Counted from the stretch's first letter, positions 1 to 14,683 are shown. The stretch is DNA of 64,000 bases from Gammaproteobacteria bacterium (GCA_020630515.1 JAHDBG010000001.1:3197-67196), one strand, 5' to 3'. Made by a program: numbers and translations. Notes: generated by a model not told the origin, from the letters alone.

Positions 1-1127
1 TAGCGATCTTGCTCAGCGGGTGTGGTGCACTGCTTGACCGGATCACCGCACAAGACACGAATCCACCGGCGCCGTTGGTAACATTTGATGCGGCAAAGAC
101 AGTGGCGCCACTCTGGCGAGTGCGTATCGGCGGCAAATCAGGCGCATCCCAGCCTGAACTGATACCCGTTGTGGTGCAGGACAGCGTGTATGCTGCAGCA
201 GCGGACGGTCAGGTGCGTGCACTGGATAGGATGACTGGCGCATCAGACTGGTCAGTCGATGTGCAGACACCAGTGACGTCAGGTGTGGGCGTCGGAGCCG
301 GGCGTGTCGTGCTGGGGACATCGGAAGGCGAAGTGATCGTCCTGTCGGCACAGGATGGTACAGAACAATGGCGCGCCTTCGTGAGCAGCGAGGTGCGTGC
401 ACGGCCTGTCGTGGCTCAGGATCGCATCGTGATCGTGGCCGCAGACGGCAGCGTGAGTGGATTTGATCTGGATGGCACGCTGCAATGGCGTTTTACAGCA
501 CATATGCCAGTCTTGGGGCTACAGGGGATGAGTGCACCGGTAGTGCAGGGGAGCCAACTGTTGCATAGTACGACCCATGGTCAATTGTCAGCGCACGATC
601 TGGCGACGGGCAGCCTGTTGTGGCACATCACAATTGCTGCGCCTGGTGGGCGCTCAGTGGTACAACGGCTGATTGATAGCGATACCGACCCTCTGGTACA
701 TCAGGGCCTGATCTATGCTGCGACCTATCAGGGCGGCCTGATTGCATTAGATTATGTGACCGGTGCGCTGCGCTGGCAGCAGCCATTTTCGACATATCGT
801 AATCTGGCGGCAGACAGCAATACCTTGTATGCGGTAGGTGAAGACAGTAGTCTCTGGGCATTTGTTGCAGAGACGGGCGCATTACGCTGGCAACAGACAG
901 AACTATTACAGCACCGGGATATATCTGACCCGGTAGTCATGGACGATGTTCTGATACTGGGAGATCTGGATGGCTATGTGCACCTGCTGTCAGTTGCTGA
1001 TGGCCAACCGGTAGCGCGTCAGCGGGTCGGAAGAGCGGCCATCAGTACCGGGCTGGTGCATATGGATGATATCCTGTACGTGCAGGATGCTGCCGGTTAT
1101 CTGTCTGCCTTGCGGATCTCCGATTGA
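1..1127 (+). CDS. bamB: Outer-membrane protein assembly factor BamB; the 5' end is probably outside the window
   Basis: There is an L-S-G-C lipobox at the very start of the ORF. Repeated PQQ/beta-propeller-like blocks follow (G.V.ALD..TG...W). Its stop overlaps the der start (TTGA), which is the classic bamB-der pairing. Confidence 0.85.
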   Translation, partial: AILLSGCGALLDRITAQDTNPPAPLVTFDAAKTVAPLWRVRIGGKSGASQPELIPVVVQDSVYAAAADGQVRALDRMTGASDWSVDVQTPVTSGVGVGAGRVVLGTSEGEVIVLSAQDGTEQWRAFVSSEVRARPVVAQDRIVIVAADGSVSGFDLDGTLQWRFTAHMPVLGLQGMSAPVVQGSQLLHSTTHGQLSAHDLATGSLLWHITIAAPGGRSVVQRLIDSDTDPLVHQGLIYAATYQGGLIALDYVTGALRWQQPFSTYRNLAADSNTLYAVGEDSSLWAFVAETGALRWQQTELLQHRDISDPVVMDDVLILGDLDGYVHLLSVADGQPVARQRVGRAAISTGLVHMDDILYVQDAAGYLSALRISD

Positions 1128-2521
1128 AATCACAGCCGGTAATTGCCCTGGTCGGACCACCGAATGTCGGCAAATCGACCCTGTTCAACCAGTTGACACG
1201 CACCCGTGATGCGCTGGTTGCGGACCAGGCCGGACTGACCCGGGATCGCCAGTATGGTATCGGCCAGCTTGGCGGTGGTGGTTATCTGGTAACAGATACC
1301 GGCGGTCTGAGTGGGCAAAACAATGGCATTGATGGTCTGATACAACAACAAGTACAACAAGCGCTGGCAGAGGCCGATCATGTTATTTTAGTATTGGATG
1401 CGCGGGCAGAGCCGACGGCGGATGACCGGCAGATTGCGGCTGGCCTGCGTCGTACTGGAAGGCCGATCACGCTGGCACTGAACAAAAGCGAAAATTTAGA
1501 CCCGACTCTGGCGGACATAGAATTTCATGCTCTTGGACTGGGACAGCCCCAACTGATAGCGGCGGCACATGGACGCGGTGTTAAGCAGTTGATCCGGCAC
1601 GTCCTGCTGCAACTGCCGACCACACAGCCGGTTGTGCTTGAGGCAGAAGAGGTGATCCGTATTGCTGTGATCGGACGACCGAACGTTGGTAAATCAACCC
1701 TGATCAACCGGTTATTGGGTGAAGAACGGGTCTTGGCTTATGATCAGCCGGGGACTACGCGTGATACGATCGCGATTGCGCATACTGCACAGCAGCAGGC
1801 GTATGTGCTGCTGGATACGGCAGGTATACGACGTCGGGCGCGGATCCACGACTTGATTGAAAAATATAGTGTACTGAAGGCCCTGCAAGCGATGCAGCAG
1901 GCCCATGTAGTGCTGTTGGTGCTGGATGCACACCAGGGCATCAGCGAACAGGATATGCATCTGGCCGGACATATCTCAGATGCGGGTCGGGCACTGGTTG
2001 TGGTGATCAATAAATGGGACGGCCTGACAGCTGCCCTGCGTACGCAGATGCGGGACGAACTGGATCGGCGGCTGGGGTTCCTGAAATTTGCGACCTGGCA
2101 CGAGATATCTGCCTTGCATGGCAGTGGCGTCGGGCATCTGCTCGCGTCAGCTCAGTCTGCCTATCGGTCTGCGATGCGCGAATTTAAGACGGCTGAACTG
2201 ACCGACATATTGCAGACGAGTGTGGCAGAACACCAGCCACCCATGGTGCGCGGGCGACGTATCCGGCTCCGGTATGCGCACCAGGGTGGCAAAAATCCAC
2301 CGCTGATCGTGATTCATGGCAATCAGACCGAAGCGGTGCCGGAGACCTATCGCCGTTTTTTATTGCACCGCTTCCGTGCCGCTTGTCAGCTGCAGGGCAC
2401 CCCGCTGAATCTGGTGTTGCGCACCGGCGATAATCCGTATGCCGGGAAGCGCAATACGCTGACCGAACGGCAGCGCCGGAAACGGCGCCGTCTGATGCGC
2501 CATGTTAAAAGACATGCCTGA
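1124..2521 (+). CDS. der: Ribosome-associated GTPase Der/EngA
   Basis: Two tandem G domains are present (GPPNVGKSTLFN and GRPNVGKSTLIN, each followed by DTAG/DTGG), with a basic KH-like C-terminus. The TTG start overlaps the bamB stop. Confidence 0.95.
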   Translation: MKSQPVIALVGPPNVGKSTLFNQLTRTRDALVADQAGLTRDRQYGIGQLGGGGYLVTDTGGLSGQNNGIDGLIQQQVQQALAEADHVILVLDARAEPTADDRQIAAGLRRTGRPITLALNKSENLDPTLADIEFHALGLGQPQLIAAAHGRGVKQLIRHVLLQLPTTQPVVLEAEEVIRIAVIGRPNVGKSTLINRLLGEERVLAYDQPGTTRDTIAIAHTAQQQAYVLLDTAGIRRRARIHDLIEKYSVLKALQAMQQAHVVLLVLDAHQGISEQDMHLAGHISDAGRALVVVINKWDGLTAALRTQMRDELDRRLGFLKFATWHEISALHGSGVGHLLASAQSAYRSAMREFKTAELTDILQTSVAEHQPPMVRGRRIRLRYAHQGGKNPPLIVIHGNQTEAVPETYRRFLLHRFRAACQLQGTPLNLVLRTGDNPYAGKRNTLTERQRRKRRRLMRHVKRHA

Positions 2522-2668
2522 TAAACGGAATCAGCTTCAGTAACAGCATGATCTGAGCACAGTCATTCTGCGCGCAGCTGAGCTCCAACGAATAGGTTGA
2601 TGGCGTACCTCAGAGAGCAGCCCCGGGTTATGCTCACACTGAGATCGCACCTCAGTCTGTTCCGCTAA

Positions 2669-2697
2669 TTGATGTTCTTGTATGCTGTAGTTATAAT
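2669..2697 (+). promoter_or_regulatory. Sigma70-type promoter for tRNA-Arg
   Basis: TTGATG (2669-2674), a 17-nt spacer and TATAAT (2692-2697) are present. The -10 element ends about 11 nt upstream of the tRNA 5' end. Confidence 0.5.
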
Positions 2698-2708
2698 GAC
2701 TGGATAGT

Positions 2709-2785
2709 GCGCCCGTAGCTCAGTTGGATAGAGTACCTGGCTACGAACCAGGCGGTCGGAGGTTCGAATCCTTCCGGGCGCGCCA
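2709..2785 (+). tRNA. tRNA-Arg (anticodon ACG)
   Basis: The 77-nt sequence folds by eye into a cloverleaf. The acceptor stem is GCGCCCG/CGGGCGC, the anticodon loop is CU-ACG-AA, the T-loop is GGTTCGAATCC, and CCA is encoded. Confidence 0.93.
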
Positions 2786-2792
2786 TATCACT

Positions 2793-2824
2793 AAAAACCC
2801 AGGCCGGTTGGCCTGGGTTTTTTT
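2793..2824 (+). terminator. Rho-independent terminator after tRNA-Arg
   Basis: The stem is CCCAGGCC (2798-2805) / GGCCTGGG (2810-2817) with loop GGTT, followed by seven T. An A-run precedes the stem, so it could act in both directions. Confidence 0.75.
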
Positions 2825-2859
2825 ATTGGTGCCATCTACCGTATTGTAAACAGGTTCTG

Positions 2860-3756
2860 ATGCTATCTGCAGATGATGCAATTGAGCAGTTCGTTGACAA
2901 ATTGTGGCTGGAGCGAGGCCTGGCGGCGAATACCCAGGATGCGTACCAGTCCGATCTCAGACAGGCCCAGGCGTTTCTGATTACGCGGGGTACGGATTTA
3001 TTACAGGCGACGACAGATCATTTGCTGAGCTATCTGGCAAGCCTGGCAGAACAGGCGCGTCAGGCAAGTACCAGCGCACGGCGCTTGTCCTGTTTGCGCC
3101 AGTTTTATCAGCTGGCAGTACGTGAGGGCTGGCTGGAACAAGATCCATCGGCATTGCTGGATGCACCGCAGCGCGCCCGGCATCTGCCGGATGCGCTGAC
3201 CGAACCGGAAGTGGAGGCCCTGCTGGCGGCACCTGATCTGAATAAGCCGGAAGGGCTGCGCGACCGGTGCATGCTGGAGTTGTTGTATGCGACTGGATTG
3301 CGGGTGACAGAGCTGATTGAGCTAACCGCCAGTCAGATCAGCCTGAGCCAGGGGCTGGTGCAGATTCAGGGGAAGGGCGGGAAGGAACGGTTAGTGCCAA
3401 TGGGCGAGCCGGCACTGGACTGGATTACCCGATTTCAGCGTGAGGGTCGGCAGGATCTGTTGCAGGGAAAGCAGTGTAATGCGTTTTTTCCGACCCGGCG
3501 CGGAGCAGGGATGACCCGTCAGGCATTCTGGTATCGCATTAAGTTATATTCGCAGATTGCTGATATTCCTTCAGAACGTTTGTCACCGCATACGTTGCGA
3601 CATGCATTTGCGACCCATCTGGTGAATCATGGCGCCGATTTGCGTGTAGTACAACTGTTGCTCGGGCATAGTGCCCTCTCAACTACGCAGATTTATACAC
3701 ATGTCGCGCAGGCCCGTCTGCAGAGCCTGTACCAGGCGCATCATCCGCGCGCCTGA
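2860..3756 (+). CDS. xerD: Tyrosine recombinase XerD (chromosome dimer resolution)
   Basis: The 298-aa protein has an N-terminus IEQFVDKLWLERGLAANTQDAY and a C-terminus HTLRHAFATHLVNHGADLRVVQLLLGHSALSTTQIYTHV. This is near-identical in pattern to E. coli XerD, including the catalytic Tyr. Confidence 0.9.
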   Translation: MLSADDAIEQFVDKLWLERGLAANTQDAYQSDLRQAQAFLITRGTDLLQATTDHLLSYLASLAEQARQASTSARRLSCLRQFYQLAVREGWLEQDPSALLDAPQRARHLPDALTEPEVEALLAAPDLNKPEGLRDRCMLELLYATGLRVTELIELTASQISLSQGLVQIQGKGGKERLVPMGEPALDWITRFQREGRQDLLQGKQCNAFFPTRRGAGMTRQAFWYRIKLYSQIADIPSERLSPHTLRHAFATHLVNHGADLRVVQLLLGHSALSTTQIYTHVAQARLQSLYQAHHPRA

Positions 3757-4119
3757 TGCGGTCTCTAAGCGCGTCAGTCATACGGGGCTGTCAATCCGGT
3801 CCAGATCCCCGGCTGCACCGCACGCAAACGACCCGGAGCAAGCTTACTGGTCCGGACAACGGGGAGTACCTTACAAGGGCTCTTTCAGACAACCGAGATC
3901 AGCTTGATTTGTTCAACTTATATTTTATTATACTATAGCGGTGTGGCATCGTTCGTGTTCAAATGCTTTCTGTATCGTGTCATTCGGGGAACGTGAATCT
4001 TCGGAAGTGCTTGAGAGTCGCGGTCTCTTCCATTGGGAAACAGCGGATTGGAGGACATAGTTTGCCTGCAGATGATACGAACATATTCGACTATTACAGG
4101 TATCTCCGGAAGGATCATT

Positions 4120-6705
4120 ATGCTTGCTGATTATCGCCAGCACGTTGCGGAACGTAAGGCGCAGGGTATACCGCCGCTGCCGCTGAATGCAGCACAGGTC
4201 ACTGCTCTGGTACAACTGTGCCAGCAGCCAGATAGCGAGGATCCGGCAGAACTGCTGGACTTACTCAGCCAGCGGGTGCCGCCAGGCGTAGACGAGGCGG
4301 CACGGGTCAAGGCCGGTTTTCTCGCCGCAGTCGCGCAGAGGAAGACCATTTCCCCGGTCATACAACCGGCAGATGCGGTGCGATTGTTAGGTACCATGCT
4401 GGGTGGCTATAACATCCAGCCATTGATCGATCTGCTGGATGATCCACAACTGGCCGGACTGGCAGCGGAACAACTCAGGCACACATTGCTGATGTTTGAT
4501 GCGTTCTACGATATCGAACAGAAAGCACAGGCAGGCCATGGACAGGCGCAGGCGATTCTGCAATCCTGGGCTGATGCGGACTGGTTTCAGACCCGTCCGG
4601 CGGTACCGGACAGCATCACCGTTACTGTGTTCAAGGTGACGGGCGAGACCAATACAGATGACCTGTCGCCAGCACAGGATGCCTGGTCGCGTCCGGATAT
4701 CCCGTTGCATGCACTGGCGATGTTGAAAAATCCGCGCGAAGGGATAGCAGATGCCCCGGCGCAGATCGCAGAACTGAAACAGAAAGGCCATCCGGTGGCC
4801 TATGTGGGTGATGTGGTAGGCACCGGCTCATCACGCAAATCAGCCACCAATTCAGTCTTGTGGCATACCGGTAACGACATACCGCACGTACCGAACAAAC
4901 GGCAGGGTGGGGTTGTGCTGGGTGGTAAGATCGCACCGATCTTCTTCAACACACTACAGGATGCGGGTGTGTTACCGATAGAAGTGCCGGTGGATAAACT
5001 GGCGATGGGGGATGTGATCGTTATCCGTCCGTATGCCGGACGGATAGAGCGCGAAGATGGCAGCCTGATAAAAGACTTCAGCCTGAAGACCGAAGTATTA
5101 TTGGATGAAGTTCGGGCGGGTGGACGGATACCCTTGATTATCGGGCGTAGTCTGACCGAAAAGGCTCGCGCAGCATCAGGGTCAGGTACGTCTGAAGCGT
5201 TTCGTCGGCCACGGGATCCGATGCAGGCAGAGTATGGTTATACCCTGGCGCAGAAGATGGTCGGGCAGGCCTGTGGGGTTGAGGGTGTCCGGCCTGGCAC
5301 CTATTGTGAACCGCGTATGAGCACCGTCGGCTCACAGGATACCACTGGCCCCATGACGCGCGACGAATTGAAGGAGCTGGCCTGTCTGGGCTTTTCAGCC
5401 GATCTGGTGATGCAGTCCTTCTGCCATACGGCAGCCTATCCGAAGCCGGTCGATATAGAGACGCAGCATACGTTACCAGAGTTTATCCAGACACGCGGCG
5501 GAGTCTCATTGCGTCCCGGTGATGGCGTGATCCATTCCTGGATGAACCGGATGTTATTGCCGGATCAGGTGGGCACCGGTGGTGATTCACATACCCGATT
5601 CCCACTCGGCATCTCGTTCCCGGCCGGATCCGGACTGGTTGCGTTTGCCGCCGCGCTGGGTGTGATGCCGCTGGATATGCCGGAGTCTGTTCTGGTCCGG
5701 TTCAGTGGTGAGATGCAACCGGGTATCACGCTGCGCGATCTGGTGAATGCAGTACCTTATGCGGCATTACAACGCGGTTTATTGACGTTGGAAAAAAAAG
5801 GCAAACAGAATGTTTATAATGGACGCATCGTCGAAATACAGGGATTGCCGGATCTGACCGTTGAGCAGGCATTTGAGTTATCGGATGCAACTGCGGAGCG
5901 TTCCGCCGCAGGCTGCACCATTGCACTCTCTGAACACTCAGTCGCAGACTATCTGCGCTCCAACATCGTGATGCTGCGCTGGATGATAGATCATGAGTAT
6001 GGTGATACGCGTACTCTGGAGCGGCGTGCCTGCGCGATGGAGGCCTGGCTGGCCGATCCGGTTTTGTTGCAGGCAGATGCGGATGCGCAATATGCCGAGG
6101 TGATTGAGATCAACATGAGCGAGATCACCGAACCATTGCTGGCCTGTCCGAATGATCCGGATGATATTAAGCCGTTGTCGGCTGTGGCTGGTCGAGCGAT
6201 AGACGAAGTGTTTATCGGTTCTTGTATGACCAATATCGGACACTTCCGCGCCGCCGGCAAACTACTGGATGCTGCTGCGACCATCCTGCCGACCCGACTC
6301 TGGATAGCGCCACCAACCCGGATGGATCAGCACCAGCTGATGGAAGAAGGTTACTACAATATCTATGCGGCGGCGGGTGCCCGCACCGAAATGCCAGGTT
6401 GTTCTTTATGCATGGGCAACCAGGCGCGGGTGATGGCGAATGCGACCGTCGTCTCAACTTCAACCCGTAATTTTCCGAACCGATTAGGGCAGGGTGCCGA
6501 TGTATATCTGGCCTCTGCTGAACTGGCAGCGATTACTGCCACGTTGGGGCATCTGCCCAGTCTGGAGGAATACCAGTCCTATGCCAGTAAAATAGACGCC
6601 CTGGCACCGGAGATCTACCGTTATCTCAATTTTGATCAGATGCCAGACTTCGTACAGTCAGCGCAGCACGCTCAACAGGAAGTAGTTGTTAATCTGAATG
6701 TATAA
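4120..6705 (+). CDS. acnB: Aconitate hydratase 2 / 2-methylisocitrate dehydratase AcnB
   Basis: The start [22 protein letters not shown] matches the AcnB N-terminus pattern. A GGAAGGA RBS lies 6 nt upstream. The track ORF begins at 4033, but that extension looks spurious. Confidence 0.95.
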   Translation: MLADYRQHVAERKAQGIPPLPLNAAQVTALVQLCQQPDSEDPAELLDLLSQRVPPGVDEAARVKAGFLAAVAQRKTISPVIQPADAVRLLGTMLGGYNIQPLIDLLDDPQLAGLAAEQLRHTLLMFDAFYDIEQKAQAGHGQAQAILQSWADADWFQTRPAVPDSITVTVFKVTGETNTDDLSPAQDAWSRPDIPLHALAMLKNPREGIADAPAQIAELKQKGHPVAYVGDVVGTGSSRKSATNSVLWHTGNDIPHVPNKRQGGVVLGGKIAPIFFNTLQDAGVLPIEVPVDKLAMGDVIVIRPYAGRIEREDGSLIKDFSLKTEVLLDEVRAGGRIPLIIGRSLTEKARAASGSGTSEAFRRPRDPMQAEYGYTLAQKMVGQACGVEGVRPGTYCEPRMSTVGSQDTTGPMTRDELKELACLGFSADLVMQSFCHTAAYPKPVDIETQHTLPEFIQTRGGVSLRPGDGVIHSWMNRMLLPDQVGTGGDSHTRFPLGISFPAGSGLVAFAAALGVMPLDMPESVLVRFSGEMQPGITLRDLVNAVPYAALQRGLLTLEKKGKQNVYNGRIVEIQGLPDLTVEQAFELSDATAERSAAGCTIALSEHSVADYLRSNIVMLRWMIDHEYGDTRTLERRACAMEAWLADPVLLQADADAQYAEVIEINMSEITEPLLACPNDPDDIKPLSAVAGRAIDEVFIGSCMTNIGHFRAAGKLLDAAATILPTRLWIAPPTRMDQHQLMEEGYYNIYAAAGARTEMPGCSLCMGNQARVMANATVVSTSTRNFPNRLGQGADVYLASAELAAITATLGHLPSLEEYQSYASKIDALAPEIYRYLNFDQMPDFVQSAQHAQQEVVVNLNV

Positions 6706-6839
6706 CTGAAGGTTCAGCTGACATTCAGCGGCTGGCAATTCATGAAGCGCTGTTGTTTCACCGTCTTGTGTCAGATCCGTCCGCTATGCCGCTTACTCAA
6801 TAATATTTTGTTGAAGGTAATTTAATTCTGGAGGCTTTA

Positions 6840-7583
6840 ATGATGCCAACACCAACGAATGCAGATCCGAAAAGACCCACACTATCACAACAAGTGAAGA
6901 TGCAAGCGGTGCAGATTGAGCAATTGACCGGTCAGTTGCAGCAAAAAGAAGAAGAGTTGGCAACATTGGCAGAGCAGGCAAATGCTACACAGACAGAGAT
7001 ACAGGGTCAGTTACAGCAGAAAGAGAAACAGATTGAACAGCTCACGGCCGAATTAAATGATAAGTTAGCCACTGCTGAAACACAACTGACGGATATTTCC
7101 GGTCAGCAACATATGACGAAATCTGAAAATATCATTAATCTGCATATTATTGCCGGTATGGCATTCGGTCTGTTGCCAGTACCGCTGCTGGATATCGCTG
7201 CGCTGACTGGGGTGCAGTTGAATCTGTTACGCAGTTTATGCCGACATTATGATGTTGAGTTCAACGAGCAGAAAGGTAAGGCATTCGTGCATGCACTAAT
7301 CAGTGGTGCTGCACCAGTGGTGTCCGTTGTGGGTTTGAGTAGTATGGCGAAGCTCATCCCGGCTATTGGCACCATTGGTGGTGGCATTGGTATGGTGATC
7401 GGTGCGGGTGTCTCAATCTATGCGGTCGGTCAGGTATTTGTCGCGCATTTTCGTGCCGGCGGTACTTTGCAGAATTTTTCGGCTGAGCAGTGGAAAACAT
7501 TCTTCAAGGGAAAATTACAGGAAGGCAAGGGTGAAATCCGTCATCGGATACAGGATGTGAAACATCTGGCCAGAACTACCTGA
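6840..7583 (+). CDS. Coiled-coil protein with a C-terminal DUF697-like membrane domain
   Basis: A GGAGG RBS sits upstream. The N-terminal part is a Q/E/L-rich heptad region. The C-terminal part (GLLPVPLLDIAALTGVQLNLLRSL...) plus a glycine-rich hydrophobic segment is typical of DUF697/YcjF-like proteins. Confidence 0.6.
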   Translation: MMPTPTNADPKRPTLSQQVKMQAVQIEQLTGQLQQKEEELATLAEQANATQTEIQGQLQQKEKQIEQLTAELNDKLATAETQLTDISGQQHMTKSENIINLHIIAGMAFGLLPVPLLDIAALTGVQLNLLRSLCRHYDVEFNEQKGKAFVHALISGAAPVVSVVGLSSMAKLIPAIGTIGGGIGMVIGAGVSIYAVGQVFVAHFRAGGTLQNFSAEQWKTFFKGKLQEGKGEIRHRIQDVKHLARTT

Positions 7584-7626
7584 GTCAGACAGTCGTCCTT
7601 GTGTTTGTAATGGTGAAATCCGATCA

Positions 7627-7654
7627 TTGACCAGGATATCATATCCCGTATAAT
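7627..7654 (+). promoter_or_regulatory. Near-consensus sigma70 promoter of the atp operon
   Basis: TTGACC (7627-7632), a 16-nt spacer and TATAAT (7649-7654) are present. The spacer contains the palindrome GGATAT-C-ATATCC (7634-7646). Confidence 0.55.
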
Positions 7655-7670
7655 GCGCGTTGGCGGTTAT

Positions 7671-9298
<1,628 letters not shown>

Positions 9299-9330
9299 TA
9301 TCCTGTACTTTCAACCGATAGGGTGACGGC

Positions 9331-9810
9331 ATGAACATCAATCTGACACTGGTCGCGCAGTTGATTGCGTTCGCGGCGTTTGTCTGGTTCACATTGCGCT
9401 TCATCTGGCCGCCGCTGATGAATGCAATGAATGAGCGCCGGGCGAAGATTGCGGACGGTCTGGCCGCTGCTGAACAGGGCCAGCAGGCACAGGCACAGGC
9501 ACAGCAGGAAGTCGAGGCTGTGTTGCAGCAGGCGCGGGTGCAGGCGGCAGAAATCAAATCGAATGCTGAAAAAGAAGCCACTCAGATCGTGGATCAGGCG
9601 CGGGCGAAGGGTCGCGCTGAGGCAGAGCGTCAGTTAGCTGCAGCGCAGGCTGAAATTGCGCAGGAAACCAATAAAGCGCGTGAAGGATTACGGGCTAAGG
9701 TAGCTGAACTGGTGGTCGCAGGTGCAGAAAAGATTCTGCGTAAAGAAGTTAATCTGCAGACGCATCAGGCAATGCTTAATCGTGTCGCACAACAGATTCA
9801 GGCAGGCTGA
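9331..9810 (+). CDS. atpF: F0F1 ATP synthase subunit b
   Basis: It has an N-terminal TM helix, then a long A/E/Q/K-rich helix. Operon position fits. Confidence 0.9.
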   Translation: MNINLTLVAQLIAFAAFVWFTLRFIWPPLMNAMNERRAKIADGLAAAEQGQQAQAQAQQEVEAVLQQARVQAAEIKSNAEKEATQIVDQARAKGRAEAERQLAAAQAEIAQETNKAREGLRAKVAELVVAGAEKILRKEVNLQTHQAMLNRVAQQIQAG

Positions 9811-10346
9811 TGGCTGGAGATGCAACAACCCTGGCGCGCCCGTATGCCGAAGCGGTATTTGCACAGGCACAGCAGACCCGGCAGCTTGACTTGTGGTCTG
9901 GCATGCTGGAATTACTGGCAACTCTGGTAGTAGATGCGCAACTGAAAAAAGTGCTGGTGAATCCGGGTCTGGCACGTACCCGGAAGGCTGATGTAATTCT
10001 GGATATTGTCGGTGGACATCTGAGTCAGGAAGGAAAAAACCTGGTCCGTCTGCTGGCGCAGAATACCCGTCTGGCATTGTTGCCTGAGATACAGGCCTTG
10101 TTTCAGCATTATCAGGCAGTGGCACAGGGTACGATAACCGTCGATCTGGTCACAGCTTATGCACTGGAGGCCGCAGAACAGAGCCAGTTGACAGATGCAT
10201 TACAGTGCCGGCTGGGGCGTACAGTGACATTACGCAGTGAGGTGGATTCAGAACTGATCGGCGGCTTTCGCATCCGTGCAGGCGACCTGGTGATTGATGG
10301 ATCCGTCACTGGACAGTTACAGCAACTTGCACACGCATTACATTGA
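9810..10346 (+). CDS. atpH: F0F1 ATP synthase subunit delta
   Basis: The start overlaps the atpF stop (TGATG). The pattern ARPYAEAVF...GGFRIRAGDLVIDGSV is OSCP/delta-like. Confidence 0.9.
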   Translation: MAGDATTLARPYAEAVFAQAQQTRQLDLWSGMLELLATLVVDAQLKKVLVNPGLARTRKADVILDIVGGHLSQEGKNLVRLLAQNTRLALLPEIQALFQHYQAVAQGTITVDLVTAYALEAAEQSQLTDALQCRLGRTVTLRSEVDSELIGGFRIRAGDLVIDGSVTGQLQQLAHALH

Positions 10347-10372
10347 TCTGAGACATTTTAGGATGAGCCTGT

Positions 10373-11914
10373 ATGCAACTTAACTCCTCAGAAATCAGCG
10401 AACTGATTCAACAGAAAATCCGGAATTTTGATCTGACCACCGAGGCGCATAACGAAGGCACGGTAGTGACGGTGACCGATGGCATTGTGCGGATTCACGG
10501 TCTGGCCGATGCCATGTCATACGAAATGCTGGAATTTCCCGGTGCCGTGTATGGTCTGGCACTGAACCTGGAGCGTGACGCAGTTGGCGCGGTGGTACTT
10601 GGCGACTACAAAAACATTTCTGAAGGTGATCCGGTTAAATGTACTGGTAAGGTACTGGAAGTACCGATCGGGCCTGAATTGCTGGGTCGCGTGGTCGATG
10701 CATTAGGTCATCCGGTTGATGGTAAAGGCCCGATTACGGCTCAGAAGACAGCACCGATAGAACAGATCGCACCGGGTGTGATTGCACGGAAATCGGTTGA
10801 TCAACCGGTGCAGACCGGTATCAAGGCGATTGATGCCATGGTCCCGGTCGGGCGTGGACAGCGTGAACTGATTATCGGTGACCGGCAGACAGGTAAGACT
10901 GCAATAGCAGTGGATGCGATCATCAATCAGAAAGGTACCGGAGTAAAGTGTATCTATGTCGCAATCGGGCAGAAAAATTCATCTATAGCAGCATTGGTAC
11001 GTAAGCTGGAAGAACATGGTGCGATGGAGTATACGATCATTGTGGTTGCTCCAGCCGCTGATTCAGCAGCGATGCAATTCATTGCACCTTATTCCGGCTG
11101 CACCATGGGTGAATATTTCCGCGATCATGGCGAAGATGCGCTGATTATCTATGACGATCTGACCAAGCAGGCCTGGGCCTATCGCCAGGTTTCACTGTTA
11201 CTGCGTCGTCCGCCAGGGCGGGAAGCCTATCCGGGCGATGTATTTTACCTGCACTCACGTTTGCTGGAACGGGCGGCGCGGATTAATGCGGAGCAGGTTG
11301 AAAAAAACACCTCCGGGAAGGTAAAAGGCAAAACTGGTTCACTGACGGCGTTGCCAATCATTGAGACTCAGGCAGGCGATGTATCTGCCTTCGTACCGAC
11401 CAATGTGATATCTATCACGGATGGACAGATCTTTCTGGAGTCTGATCTGTTTGCTGCAGGTATGCGCCCGGCGATTAATGCTGGTCTATCGGTGTCACGG
11501 GTGGGCGGTGCTGCTCAGACCAAAATCATCAAAAAGCTGGGCGGCGGTGTTCGACTGGCCTTGGCGCAATATCGCGAATTAGCAGCCTTCTCGCAATTTG
11601 CATCTGATCTGGATGAAGCGACCCGGAAGCAACTGGAGCGTGGTAAACGGGTTACTGAACTGATGAAACAGCCACAATATACGCCGCTCAGCGTCGTGGA
11701 TATGGCGATTTCGTTATTTGCTGCGAACGAAGGTTATCTGGATGATGTTGAGATCAGTCAGATTGTCGCCTTTGAATCTGCGCTGCATCGTTATCTGGCC
11801 AGCCAGCAGGCAGAATTGGTAGTCCAGGTGAATCAGGATGCGGACTGGAACGATCAGATTGCGGCAGCGTTCCATATTGCAATCAAAGATTTCAAGGCTA
11901 ACCATACCTGGTAA
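10373..11914 (+). CDS. atpA: F0F1 ATP synthase subunit alpha
   Basis: Walker A GDRQTGKT is present, and the alpha-subunit sequence is conserved throughout. Confidence 0.97.
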   Translation: MQLNSSEISELIQQKIRNFDLTTEAHNEGTVVTVTDGIVRIHGLADAMSYEMLEFPGAVYGLALNLERDAVGAVVLGDYKNISEGDPVKCTGKVLEVPIGPELLGRVVDALGHPVDGKGPITAQKTAPIEQIAPGVIARKSVDQPVQTGIKAIDAMVPVGRGQRELIIGDRQTGKTAIAVDAIINQKGTGVKCIYVAIGQKNSSIAALVRKLEEHGAMEYTIIVVAPAADSAAMQFIAPYSGCTMGEYFRDHGEDALIIYDDLTKQAWAYRQVSLLLRRPPGREAYPGDVFYLHSRLLERAARINAEQVEKNTSGKVKGKTGSLTALPIIETQAGDVSAFVPTNVISITDGQIFLESDLFAAGMRPAINAGLSVSRVGGAAQTKIIKKLGGGVRLALAQYRELAAFSQFASDLDEATRKQLERGKRVTELMKQPQYTPLSVVDMAISLFAANEGYLDDVEISQIVAFESALHRYLASQQAELVVQVNQDADWNDQIAAAFHIAIKDFKANHTW

Positions 11915-11942
11915 TTGAGTTTATAGCTAACAGGACTGAGTG

Positions 11943-12815
11943 ATGGCAGGCGCAAAAGAAATTCGCACGAAAATCGCGTCCATCAAGAGCACGCAGAAGA
12001 TCACGCGCGCGATGGAAATGGTGGCGGCAGCGAAGATGCGTAAGGCGCAGGACCGCATGCAGGCCAGCCGCCCGTATGCAGAAAAAATCAGTCAGGTGAT
12101 TGGCCATGTGGCGTTGGCGAATCCGGAATACCACCATGTGTTCATGACGCCACGTTCAGAGGTTAAGCGGATTGGCTATGTTATCGTCTCGTCAGATCGT
12201 GGTTTGTGCGGTGGGCTGAATTCTAATTTATTTCGTTCTTTAGTAAAAGAAATTAAGGATTTGCAGGCAGAAGGTAAAGAATTAGTTTATTGCACTGTTG
12301 GTAGTAAGTCGCTCGGGTTTTTCCGGCGGGTTGGCGGTAAGGTGCTGGCTCAGGTCAGTCATCTGGGGGATGCGCCGCATATTGAAGATCTGGTCGGTAC
12401 GATCAAGGTAATGCTGGACGCGTATACACAAGGTGAAGTTGACGAAATCCGCCTGGCCTACAACACCTTTGTGAATACAATGACCCAGCAGCCGACCGTC
12501 AGTCAACTGGTACCGCTGGTACCGGGTGCAGATGCGGCAGAGCTGAAACATCACTGGGATTATATCTACGAACCGGATGCACGCGTTATTCTGGACAACC
12601 TGTTGACCACCTATATTGAATTTATCTCTTATCAGGCGGTGGTTGAGAATGGTGCCTGTGAACAATCAGCGCGGATGGTCGCGATGAAGTCGGCGACTGA
12701 TAATGCAGGTGAGCTGATCAATGAACTACAGCTGATCTATAATAAGGCGCGTCAGTCGGCAATTACCCAGGAAATTTCAGAAATCGTCGGTGGGGCAGCC
12801 GCAATTGCCAACTAA
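11943..12815 (+). CDS. atpG: F0F1 ATP synthase subunit gamma
   Basis: [36 protein letters not shown] matches the gamma N-terminus. The track start at 11940 is a GTG one codon upstream. Confidence 0.95.
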   Translation: MAGAKEIRTKIASIKSTQKITRAMEMVAAAKMRKAQDRMQASRPYAEKISQVIGHVALANPEYHHVFMTPRSEVKRIGYVIVSSDRGLCGGLNSNLFRSLVKEIKDLQAEGKELVYCTVGSKSLGFFRRVGGKVLAQVSHLGDAPHIEDLVGTIKVMLDAYTQGEVDEIRLAYNTFVNTMTQQPTVSQLVPLVPGADAAELKHHWDYIYEPDARVILDNLLTTYIEFISYQAVVENGACEQSARMVAMKSATDNAGELINELQLIYNKARQSAITQEISEIVGGAAAIAN

Positions 12816-12855
12816 GGTTGCCGGAGGGCACCTCGAAACACGTCATGAACTATGA

Positions 12856-14244
<1,389 letters not shown>

Positions 14245-14260
14245 GCCCGGAGAAACTACA

Positions 14261-14683
14261 ATGGCGATGACCCTGCATATTGATATCGTCAGTGCCGAAG
14301 GTCATTTATATACCGGACAGGGCCAGATGGTGTATGCCCCGGCAGTGATGGGAGAGATCGGCATAGCGCCACGTCATACCCCGTTGCTGACCCGACTGAA
14401 GCCGGGCGATGTACGGGTTGATCCGGGTAATAACCAGCCCCATCAACATTTTTATGTGTCTGGTGGCATGATTGAAGTCCAGCCGTTTAAGGTGACGATT
14501 CTGGCTGATACCGGTATTCGTGCTGCCGATCTGGACGAAGCTGCTGCACAGGAAGCAAAACGTCGTGCTGAAGATGCGCTGGCGAATCGTCAGGCTGACA
14601 TGGATATGGCAAAGGCTCAGGCCGAGCTGGCTGAAGCAGTTGCCCAATTGAAGATTATCAGTCAGCTACGCAACATCCGTTAG
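14261..14683 (+). CDS. atpC: F0F1 ATP synthase subunit epsilon
   Basis: At 140 aa it has an epsilon-like beta-sandwich plus a helical C-terminus, and it is the last gene of the operon. Confidence 0.93.
   Translation: MAMTLHIDIVSAEGHLYTGQGQMVYAPAVMGEIGIAPRHTPLLTRLKPGDVRVDPGNNQPHQHFYVSGGMIEVQPFKVTILADTGIRAADLDEAAAQEAKRRAEDALANRQADMDMAKAQAELAEAVAQLKIISQLRNIR

Noticed and set aside
2709-3756. tRNA-Arg followed by a tyrosine recombinase, as the edge of an integrated element.
   Set aside because: The recombinase matches the housekeeping XerD pattern end to end. GC is normal, and the next genes are core metabolism (acnB, atp). There is no direct repeat of the tRNA 3' end.
6694-6728. A nested hairpin (CTGAATGT...ACATTCAG with inner CTGAA-GG-TTCAG) overlapping the acnB stop, as a terminator.
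   Set aside because: No T-tract follows it, and part of the stem is coding. I cannot support it as an intrinsic terminator from sequence alone.
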